Source: Lama glama (taxonomy: Eukaryota). From it: a DNA stretch of 64,000 nucleotides. A program made the position numbers and the translations under genes. Location of the stretch: contig CM052817.1 of assembly GCA_028534125.1 (NCBI GenBank), positions 80,044,001 through 80,108,000 of the forward strand, in the 5' to 3' direction. Shown here in pieces: positions 27,347 through 38,700 of the stretch (position 1 is the first letter of the stretch; each line of letters opens with the position of its first letter). Below the pieces are notes generated by a model, which had not been told where the DNA came from, searched no databases, and saw only the letters and a program-made list of their open reading frames with translations.

Positions 27347-27869
27347 CTGCAGTATAAAATCAGAAAGGTTAACATAGCTTTTCTTCACCAATACACACAT
27401 AAGGCGATGCCACAAAATCTACCCATAATTGGTTAAGGTGGTTGAGAATTTATTTTTTGGTAATTGTATGCAAATTTTTTGCAGCTTTCTTTATTACTCC
27501 TCCCTTTTTTTGGGAAAACTAGTGACTTGTGAAATCTTTTCCCACCTTTTTCTTCAGGAAGTAGAAGTGGTTTTGTTTGGTTAATGTGATAAATTCTGTA
27601 TGAGTGAAACAGTGGAGGGAAACATCTACTGAATTTGTGTAGTTTAAAATGTTTTGCTGCTAGTTTATTAAAAAATAGAGAAATCCTACTGATGCTGCTA
27701 TAAATAAGTAGAAAATACAGTATAAATTTAATCACTAAAGTATGCTATTTTTAAATTTTCACATTTATTTTCTGTATTGTGTGTCTAATCAGATATATTA
27801 ATCTTAAGATTTCTTTTGTTCTGTGTTAATGACTATGTAAAAATGTAACTGCTTTTCATGGGAAGTGTG

Positions 27870-27875
27870 AATAAA
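27870..27875 (+). terminator. FGF2: Candidate distal FGF2 polyadenylation signal
   Basis: AATAAA followed by TTTGTGGGGCTTTTGT downstream element; other AATAAA at 25248, 26270 and 26533. Confidence 0.55.
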
Positions 27876-28584
27876 ATTGGTTAAATTTGTGGGGCTTTTG
27901 TATACTATTTCTTTCTTTTGGTGGGGAGGGGCAGGTGGGAAGATCTGATCTCAGAATGGAGATAAATATGGAAAATAATTATGAAATGGCATGGGATAAT
28001 ATTCTTATGGCTGACATTTTTTCATGTTAGAGTTCTTTCTATCCATCACCATGCTAAAAACTGAAGAATGAATGAGAAATTATGATATGCTCATGGAAGT
28101 GCTGCAGCATGGAGCCAGTATACCTCATACACTTCATTCATAAAACAAGTTTATGGACCTTTTACTGGTGTGCTTTCTGACCTACTCATTTCCTGGACAA
28201 CAGCTTCTTAAAGAATGTGTCATTTCCCAACTATGCTAACTTGGACACCAGTGGCATGGTTCCCAGAGTTTCCACAGACTGTTGATTATGTGGGTACAGA
28301 ATTGAGGCTTTCCACCCTTCCGTGTCTAGCTCAGACTTGAGATTAATTTATAAAGCATATTATGTTTTGTTTTGTTATTGTAGAAATATCTAAGTATATC
28401 TCTCTGTTTTGGGGGATTCATTTTGAAACTGTTTCAGAAGCTATGTTTCTACAGAAACTAAGCAGTCTTTTTGTCAGGATATTAAACTTCACTACTATAA
28501 ATTCTAACAAAAGAAATGTTATAATGGGGCAAACAGCTGTTTCCCCAGATCAATAAAAATCAGCTGCTAAAAATCTTTACCTAG

Positions 28585-28701
28585 TTGAGAGCGTATAGCT
28601 CAAGTGGTAGAGCACATACTTAGCATACACAAAGTCCTGGGTTCAATCCCCAATACCTCCTCTAAAAATAAATAAACCTAATTACTCCCCCTCAAAATTT
28701 T
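28585..28701 (+). mobile_element. tRNA-derived SINE, camelid vic-1 type
   Basis: A box TAGCTCAAGTGG, B box GGTTCAATCCC, tail CTAAAAATAAATAAACCTAATTACTCCCCC; perfect flanking repeat TAAAAATCTTTACCTAG at 28568-28584 and 28702-28718. Confidence 0.9.
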
Positions 28702-29149
28702 TAAAAATCTTTACCTAGACTTGATTATTAATAATTGGTAATGATTAAATTTGGAGATATAAACTTACTAGAAGGGAAAAAATGCTAGATACAAGGATTG
28801 AAAACAGCTCAGACAAATTTTGATTATTCAATTATAAATCTTAGGTATGGGAAGATTAAGTATATTTTTGTGCTGGTAAATTGTGATATTTATTGGCACC
28901 ACTTAGCTTTAAAGAACTTATTTTAAAAAAGCTTCCTCCCGCCAAAAGCTTGAGCTTATGGTTAGTTCTAAGTGGTAGATAGAGGGGCCTAAGTTATTTG
29001 ATTTGAAAAACCTGGTTAATGTTATAGATATGATGTATCAGTGGAGGGACGAGTATGTCTTCTCACTTTTTTTGTATTAAAAATACTTTCATTAACTGGA
29101 TTTACCAATATAATAAGTAATACTAATAAATACTAGGTAATGTATACTG

Positions 29150-29343
29150 AATACTATTCCAGACACCATTCTAGATGTTTTAATAATTATACACATTTAA
29201 ACTTTACAGTAATCCCATGAGAAACTATTATTGTTCCCATTTTAGAAGTGATGAAATTAAGGACATAAAAGGATTTAATGACTTGCCTGGAGTGATACAA
29301 CTAGTGTGTAGTAAACTAGGGATTAAAATAGAGGCAATCTGAT
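29150..29343 (-). mobile_element. MIR SINE interrupted by the adjacent L1
   Basis: TTATTGTTCCCATTTTAGAAGTGATGAAATTAAGG...ATGACTTGCCTGGAG core. Confidence 0.6.
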
Positions 29344-32300
29344 AGTTTGAGATAAATGAAAATGAAAACAACAATTCAAAACCTTTGGGACACAGCAAAA
29401 GCAGTTCTAGGAGGGAAGCTCTTATCGATACAAGCCTACCTCAGGAAACAAGAAAAATCTCAAGTAAACAACCTAACCTTACACCTAAAACAGCTAGAGA
29501 AAGAACAACAAAATCCAAAATTAGTAGAAGAAAATAAATCAAAGATTAGAGCAGAAATAAATGAAACAGAGACTAAAAATACAGAAAAGATCAATGAAAC
29601 AAAAAGCTGATTCTCTGAAAAAAAAATTTTGATAAACCTTTTGATAAACTCATCAAGAAATAAAGGGAGAGGGCCCAAATTTGTCAAAGATGAAAAAGAA
29701 GTTACAACCGACACCACAGAAATACAAGGGATCTTAAAAGGCTACTATGAGCAAATATACGCTAACAAAAAGGATAACCTAGAAGAAATGGACAATTTCC
29801 TAGAAATGTACAATTTACCAAGACTGAACCAGGAAGAAGTAGGCAATATGAATAGACCAATTACCAGTATTAAAATTGAATCAGTAAAAAACTCCCAACA
29901 AACCGAAGTCCAGGAACAGATGGCTTCACAGGTGAATTCTACCAAACATTTAAGAGAGAGCTAACACCTATCCTGACACTATTTCCAAGAATTACAGAGG
30001 AAGGAACAGTTCCAAACACCTTCTATGAGGCCAGCATCACCCTGATACCAAAACCAGACAAAGATACCACAAAAAAAGAAAATTACAGGCCACTATCACT
30101 TATGTATATAGATGCAAAAATCGTCAACAAAATACTAGTAAATTGACTCCAACAATGGATTAAAAGGACCATATACCATCATCAAGTAGGATTTATCCCA
30201 AGGATGCAGGGAATTTTCAGTATCTGCAAATCAACGTGATACACCACATTAACAAATTTTAGAATAAAAACCATACGATCATCTCAATAGATGCAGAAAA
30301 AGCTCTTGATGGAATTCAACATCCATTTATGATAAAAACTCTCCAGAAAGTGGGAACATACCCCAACATTATAAAGGCCATACATGACAAACCCACAGCT
30401 AACATCATACTTAATGGGAAAAGCCTGAAAGCATTTCCTCTAAGATCAGGAACAAGGCAATGATACCCACTCTTGCCAGTTTTATTCAACATAGTTTTGG
30501 AAGTCCTAGCCACAGAAATCAGAGAAGAAAAAGAAAGAAGTCCAAATTCAAAACAAAGAAGTACAACTGTCACTGTTTGCAGATAACACGGTACTATACA
30601 TAGAAAACCTTAAGGAAGTGACCAGAAAACTACTAGAACTCATCAATGAATTTGGTAAAGTTGCAGGACACAAAATACATAGAAATCCATTGCATTTCTA
30701 TACATTAACAATGAAATAGCAGAAAAAGAAATTAAGGAAACAATACCATTTACCATTGCACCATAAAGAATTAAATACCCAGGAATAAACCTACCCAAGG
30801 AGGCAAAAGACCTGTACTCCAAAAACTGTAAGACACTGATGAAAGAAATTGAAGATGATGTAAACAAATGGAAAGATATATGGTGTTCTTGGATTTGAAG
30901 GATCAATATTGTTAAAATGGCCATGTTACCCAAGGCAATATACAGATTCAATGGAATCACTATCAAATTAGCAACATTTTTCACAGAGCTGAAGCAAAAA
31001 AATGTTAAAATTTGTATGGAAACACAAAAGTCCCCAAATAGCCAAAACAATCTTGAGAAAGAAGAAGGGAGATGGGGGAATCATTCTCCCTGACTTCAGA
31101 CTATACTACATAGCTAAAATAATCAAAACAGTATGGTACTGGCACAAACCCAGACACATAGATCAATGGAACAGGATAGAAAGTCCAGAGATAAACTCAT
31201 GTATTTATAGTCAATTAATCTACGACAAAGGAGGCAAGAATATACGATGGGGAAAAGACAGACTCTTCAGTTAGTAGTGCTAGGAAAACTGGACAGCTAC
31301 TTGTAAAAGACTGAAATTAAGACATTCTCTAACACCATATACAAAAATAAACTCAAAATGGATTAAAGACCTAAATGTAAGACCACATAGTATAAAACTC
31401 TCTAGAGAAAATGTAGGCAGAACACTCACATAAATCACACAGCAGTATATATTTTTTCAAACCAGCTCCTAGAGTAATGGAAATAAAAGTAAAAATAAAT
31501 GGGATTAATTAAACTTTTTAAAAGCTTTTGCACAGCTAAGGATACCATCAACAAAATGAAAAGATAACCTACAGAATGGGAGAAAATATGTGCAAATGAT
31601 GCAACCGACAATGGACTAATTTCCAAAATATAAAAACAACTCATACAGCTTAACATCGAAAACACACAAGCAACTCCATGAAAAAGTGGGCAGAAGACCT
31701 AAATAGACAGTTCTCCAAAGAAAACATCCAGATGACCAACAAGCACATGAAAGGATGCTCAACATCATTAATTGTTAGAGGAATGCAAATCAAAACTATA
31801 ATGAGATATCATCTCACACCAGTTAGAATGGCCATCATTAAAAAGTCCACAAATGATAAATGCTGGAGGGGGTGTGGAGAAAAGGTAACCTTCCTACACT
31901 GTTAGTGGGAATGTAAATTGGTGCAGCCTCTATGGAGGACAGTATGACGGTTCCTTAAAACACTAAACAGACTTACTAATGATCCAGCAATCCCACTTCT
32001 GGGCATATATCCAGAGGGAACCTTAATTCAAAAAGACACATGCACCCCAGTGTTCATAACAACATTAGTAACAATAGCCAAGACATGGAAAAAACCCAAA
32101 TGTCCATCAACAGATGACTGGATAAAGAAGTGGTATATATATACAATGGAATGCTACTCTACCATGAAAAGAATAAAATAATGCCATCTGCAGCAAAATT
32201 GATGTACCTGGAGATCATTATTCGAAGTGAAGCCACAAAGAGAAAGAGAAATGCCATGTATCACTTATATGTGGACTCTAGAAAAAAAAGACACCAATGA

Positions 32301-32678
32301 ACTACTTATCATTTATAACTTGGATGACTGATTTCTTGAATATGTGTAAGCACATTTGACTGTCCTTTATGATTGGATGACTGCATTCTGTTCTTATTTT
32401 GTGGTTGGCTTTATTCCTTTGATAACTGTAAGTTTAAATAGCTAAAGCTCTAAACTATTCTTAGAAGTAATGAACAATACATTTATGTAAATTAAACATA
32501 TGTAGTACATTATATTATGTATTTACATCCAATAAATTGTATCTGTTTAGTCAAATTGTATCGATTTTAGCTAATAAAACTGAAAAATGAAAACAAAACT
32601 TCAAAAAACCTCAAAATGTCATGGATTGTGTAGCAATAATTAAAAACAAAAACATAGACTGGGTAGCTTAAAAAAAAA
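29344..32678 (+). mobile_element. 5'-truncated L1 (decayed ORF2 with RT region) with an atypical 3' tail
   Basis: Many ORF2-like ORF fragments (29356-31905, e.g. [20 protein letters not shown]); L1 3' UTR to about 32300, then an unrecognised tail; 16/20-identical flanking repeat at 29324-29343 and 32679-32698. Confidence 0.9.
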
Positions 32679-32714
32679 TAAAATCCAGGCAACTTGATTC
32701 TAACCATCTTTTAA

Positions 32715-35700
32715 GAGTCAGAGCCAAGATGGCAGAGTACAGAGACTCACACCAAGAATTACACCTACAAACTCACTGAATCACACAGAACACCTACTGA
32801 ACCCTGGCAGAGTGTCTCTCTCTTTGAAATACAGGATTCTCACAAAATCTGGTAATAAAGAAAAAAAAATCAGTGTAGAACTAGTCCTGCAGGGAGGGAG
32901 CAGCATAGAAAGAAAGGTACCCTCATGTTGGGATGGCCCCTCTCCAGCTGGGAGGTCAGCAGGGACAGAAGTGGAGCTTCAGAAGCTCATAGGAGAAAGC
33001 GGCAGCCACTTGGAAGACAGAACTAAGGGAAACTGACACAGAGGCTCCTTGCAATCCCTGGCGTAGACGCGAGCTGGCAGGGATGAGCTGGAATTGGCTG
33101 CTGCAGATTGGTGAGGAGCCCACTGCACACAGGCAGCCTTAGGGGACTGGAGGGTGGTGTGAGCTCTGGCTGGGGTTGTGTGCAGAACAGAATAGCCTTG
33201 GGCCCCCATAAAAAAGCACCACTAATAGTTTGTATGTCAGGGAGGGGTGCAACACAGCCACGCCATGGCAGCTTTCTCTGCTTGGTGCCATTGTTGGTGT
33301 GTTCTCTTGAGAAGGAGGTGGGGCCTGGTCATAGCCATCACTGCTGCACGGAGGGAGGGCTGAAAACTGAATCCTTACCCAGAGGCCCTGTAACTTCGCA
33401 GGTGGGACTGAAATTTGTTTACAGCCCCAGGCAGAGAGGGTGGATTTGCTCACTCTGGACCCTTTGTGGACCCGAGCCTCTGGGACCAATATGCAGTGAG
33501 TGGAGTTCTGAAGCATGGCGGGGGCGAGTACGGGTATTTACAACGGGCTGGTGTACCATACCATGTGGGGCATGGCTGGGGTCTGTGCTGACCCTGTGGC
33601 AAACCACAGATTTAGGTGTGTGACTGCATGCTTGCTACAACAGCAGGTCTGAGCGCCTGACATTGGTGGATCAGCACTGGTGGTTCCTGGGGCTCTGAAC
33701 ACCAGAGCAGGCATAAGGCAGGGACAAAGGCAGTGTCAACAAAGAGTACTGTGTAAGCCCACATAACAAATGACAGACAACCACAGAGGGAACTTCCTAG
33801 TGGACACCTCCTGCCTACTCTTCCTCCCAGCTGAAGCGCTCCAATCCTGCCTACTACACATCACAGCTCAGAAATGGATCTAGAAGCCTCTATTCCAGCA
33901 ACAGGGGAGGCAGACAAGGCCCCTGTCAAGGCTATGACACCCAGAGAACAAAAAAGGAGGCCAGGCTCAACAACAACAATCAGGGCACGCTCTGATCACC
34001 ACACCACCGACCACACCCCCAATCAAAGGAACAGCCAGCACTCATGGAAGATGTGGCAACCATCCATAGTAAGAACAGCCACTGCAACAAAACTATTAGA
34101 TGCTGTCTACACAGGAATGCTCCTACTTTAAATAAAAACACAAAAACAGCCCTTAAACACCACAGTAGATAACTGATACTCCTAAATCCATAGAGCCAGA
34201 GAAATGTAAGTGAAATGAAGAAGTAGAGGAACTACTCTCAGTTAAAACAATGAAAAATCTAAAAGAGACTACGAATAGAGACAGAATACTTTAAAAAGGA
34301 AATTTAAACCATAAAGAAGAGCCAATTAAAAACAGAAAACTCGATTGCTGAGGTAAGAGCTGAGCTAAAGGCAGTTAAAAGTAGACTAGATAATGCAGAG
34401 GAACGAATAAGTGACTTAGACGACAGGGTAACAGAAGTTACCCAATCAGAAAAAGACAGAAAAGCAAGTAAAAACCAATGAAAGCAATATAAGGGACCCA
34501 TGGGATAATATGAAGCATGCCAACCTACGCATAATATGGGCCTCAAAAGGAGAAGAAAGAGAAAACAGGATTGAAAAGGTATTGGAATAATTCATTGAAA
34601 ACTTTCCAAACCTAAAGGAAACAGCTATCCAAGTACACGAGGCAAAGAGGGTCCCAAACAAGAAGAACTCAAACAGACCTACACTAAGACATATTATAAT
34701 TAAGATGGCCAAAGTTAAAGAAACGATTCTAAAGGCAGCAAGAGAAAAACAGAGTTAGTTACAAGGGAACTCCCATAAAGTTTTCAGCTGATTTCTCTAT
34801 ACAAACACTGCTGGGCAGAAGGGAGTGGCAATATAAATTCAAACTCCTGAATAAGAAAAAGCTGCAACCTAGGATACTCTATCCAGCAAGACTATCCTTT
34901 AGAGTAGAGGAGAGAGAAAGAATTTCACAGCCAAGCAAAAACTAAACCTACACTAAAAGAAATATTGAAAGGTCTACTCTAAATAGAAAAGAAACAGGAA
35001 GCTATAGAGATGAGAAAACCATAATTGGAAATGCAATAACCACAATGAGTTACAAGAGAATAAACTTGAAGATGTAAAAAGAAAAATCAAAATCATAAAA
35101 GGTGGGAGAGGAGAGCAAGAGAACATAGACTTTGTTTCTCTTTTTTTTTCTCTTCATTCTTTTTAGGATGTGTTTGAGCCTACATGACTATCAGTATAAA
35201 GCAAAAAGATATAGTGATGGGTTAACCGACTTCAAAAACAGAGTAACCACAAATCAAAAGCACAACAGAGTCACAAAAACCAAAAAAGAAACCAAGCTAA
35301 TACAGAAGAAAATGATCAAACCACAAAAAGAAAAACAAAAAGGAAAAGAAAGGAACAAAGAAGAAATACCAAATCAACTGGATAACAAAGTTCAAAATAA
35401 TTATAAACACACATCTGTCAAAAATTACTATAAACGTCAATGGACTAAAAGCTCCAATCAAAAGACAGAGTGGCAGACTGGATAATAAAACAAAAGCCCA
35501 AAATATCCTGCCTACAATAGACCCACTTTAGAGTGAAGGACACAAATAGATTGAAAGTGAGAGGATGGAAAAAAATTTTTCATGCAAATGGAAATGACAG
35601 GAAAGTGGGAGTAGCAATACACATATCAGACAAAAAAGACTTTAAAACAGAGCCCATAAAGAAAGACAAGTAAGGACAAGATATAATGATCAAAGGAGCA

Positions 35701-38700
35701 AAAACAAGATGAAGATATTACACTCATTAACATACATGCACCCAGTATAGGAGCACCTACATATAAAACAAATACTAACAGACATAAAGGAAGAAATAGT
35801 AGGAGACTTTAACACTCCATTAACATCACTGAACAGGTCTTCCAGATGGAAAATCAATAAGGCAACAGAGATACTTAATGACACAATACAACACTTGGAC
35901 TTGGTTGATATTTTTAGGACATTACATACCCCCGAAACAGAATACACATTCTTTTCAAGTGCTCATGGAACATTCTCTAGGATAGACCACATACTGAAGC
36001 ACAAAAGAAGCCTCAACAAATTTAAGAGGATAGAGGGGTATTTCCAGTCAAGATGGTGGAGTGGTAGGACCATGAGCTTGCCTCTCTTCATGACTACAAT
36101 GAAACCACAACTGAATGCTAAACAACCACTGAAAAAAGACTGGAACCTAGCAAAAAAGATCTGCAACTGGCAACATAAAGAGGGAACCACAAATGGTAGG
36201 AGGGGTATGCTCATGATATAATTGGGCCTCATACCCTCTGGGTGGGCAACCCACAAGCTGAAGATTTGTTACGTCATAGAGGCCCTCCCACAGGAGTGAG
36301 AGCTCTAAGCCCCATGTCAGGCTCCCCAGCTCAGGTTCTGGCACTGGGAAGAGAAGGAGACCCCAGGACATCTGGTTTTGAAGGCTAGGGGGGCTTGCCT
36401 CTGGGAGCCTCATGGGACTAGGGGAAAAGAGACTCCGTTCACTTGGGAAGCATACACAGAACCATGCACCAGGTCCAAGGGCAGGGGCAGTGATTTCATA
36501 GGAACTGGGCCAGACCTGCCTGCTGGATTTCAAGGGTCTCCTGGGGACGTGGGGGACAGCTGTGGCCCACTCGGGAGACATAAAAGCTGGTGCTGGACTT
36601 TCTGGGAGTGTTAGTCTATACGAACTTTCCTGGGGGCTGACATCTTGATTGGATCATTAGCACCAAGACCTAGCCCCACCCAACAGCCTGTAGAGAAGCC
36701 TCAGGCCACACAACATACAGGGTGGGAACACAGCCCCACCCATCACCAGACTTCCTAAACCACAAGGCCTCTAGACTCAGCCCTACCCACCAGAGGTCCA
36801 GGACCAAGCTTCACCCAGTAGTGGGAAGGCACTGGCTCCTCCTGCCAGGAAACCTGCATAAGCCTCTAGTCCAGCCTCATTCACCAGGGGCAGATAATAG
36901 AAATAAGGAAACAATAATCCCAAAGCGTGTGGAAGGAATCCACAAACATACAGAAAGACAGATATGAAGTGGCAAAGGAATATCTACCAGGCCAAGGCAC
37001 AAGATAAAATCCCAGAAGAAATATGTGATGAGGAGACAGGCAACTTATTTGAGAAAGAGTTTAAAGTAATGATGGCCAAGATGTCTAGAGAACTCACAAG
37101 AAGTATAAATGCACAAAGCGAAATTTTTATTAGCAAAGAGCTGGAAAATATAAAGAATATCCAGAGCTTAAGAATAAAATCACTGAAATGAATAACACAC
37201 TAGAAGGAACCAAGAATAGACTAAATGAGACAGAAGAATGGATCAGTGAACTAGAAGACAGATTAGTGGATATCACTACTTCAGACCACAAAAAAGATTA
37301 AAAAAAAAAGGAATGAGGATAGTTTAAGAGAACTCTGGGACAACATGAAGCACTCTAATATTTGCATTATAGGATTCCCAGAAAAGAGAAGAGAAAGAGA
37401 AAGGACCTGAGAAAATTTTTTGAGAGATAATCACTAAAAACTTCCCCAACTTGGGAAAGGAAACAGTCACCCAAGTCCAGGAAGCACAGAGAGTACCACA
37501 CAGAATCAACCCAAAGAAGAACACACCAAGGCACATAGTCATCAAATTGACAATAATTAAGGAGGAGAAAATATTAAACTTAGCAAGAGAAAAGCAACAA
37601 ATAACATATAAGGGAACTCCCACAAGGTTATCAGCTGATTTTCAGCACAAACTCTACAGGCCAGAAGGGAGTGCCATGATACATTTAAAGTGATGAAAGA
37701 ATACTCTAACCAGCAAAGCTCTCATTCAGACTTGATGGAGAAATCAAAAGCTTCACAGATAAAGAAAAGCTAAAAGATTTCAGCACCACCAAACCAGTTT
37801 TACAACAAATATTAAAGGAACTTCTCTAATCATCAAACCATAAGAAAAGAGAACAAAAAGAAGGAAAAAAAGAGACCTACACAAGATTGCTTTGGCTGTT
37901 TGGGGTCTTCTGTGGTTCCTTATAAATTTTGGAATTGTTTGTTCTAGTTCTGTGAGGAATGTCGGTAGTATTTTGATGGGGGTTGCATTGGATCTGTGGA
38001 TTGCTTTGGGTAGTGTGGCCATTTTGCTAGTGTTGATTCTTCTAATCAAGAGTACAAGAAATCTTTCCATTTCTTTGTGTTATTTCGGTTTTCAGAGTAT
38101 AGGTAACCTCTTTGGTTTAGTTTATTTCTAGGTATTTTGTTGTTTTTGATGTTATGGTAATGTCTCTGCCGGTTATAAAATACTGGTTTTTGAAGTGGGA
38201 AAAAAAATAGTGAATGAAGGGCTGCAAATGGCAAAATTATCCTTCTTTTTTATGGGTGAGTTGTATTCCATTACACACACACACAAACACACACACATGT
38301 GCTGCATCTTCATTATCTTTTCAACTATTGATGTGCACTTAAGATGCTTCCATAAATAATGTTGCTGTTAATAGCAGGGTGTATGTATCTTTTTGAATTA
38401 ATTCTTATTTTGTGGTTGGCTTTATTCCTTTGGTAACTATGTAAGTTTAAAATGCTAAAGCTCTAAACATTCTTAGAAACAATGAATAGTACATACAGAT
38501 AAATTAAAAAATGTACAGTAAAAAAATTTAAAAAAAAGATCTATCAAGCCTTGTAAGACATGGAAGAAACTTAAAAGACATATTACTAAACGAAAGCCAG
38601 TCTGAAGAGGCTACAAACTGTACGATTCCAGCCAAATGACATTCTGGAAAAGGCACAGCTACAGAAACAAAAAAAAGATCATGGTTTCCAGGGGTTTGGG

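Larger units (their letters stand above)
22814..27895 (+). other. FGF2: FGF2 long 3' UTR (end inferred)
   Basis: AT-rich sequence with no recognisable repeats after the stop; FGF2 is known to have a multi-kb 3' UTR; distal AATAAA at 27870-27875 followed by GU/U-rich sequence. Confidence 0.7.

Noticed and set aside
28590..28660. Possible tRNA gene
   Set aside because: The SINE tail and TSD show it is a tRNA-derived retroposon.
29359..29371. AAAATGAAAACAA repeated at 32584-32596 as a possible TSD
   Set aside because: A-rich, and the first copy lies within L1 ORF2-homologous sequence; the 20-bp pair at 29324/32679 fits the interrupted MIR better.
33108..33623. 171-aa ORF
   Set aside because: Lies in a GC-rich L1 5' UTR where stop codons are rare.
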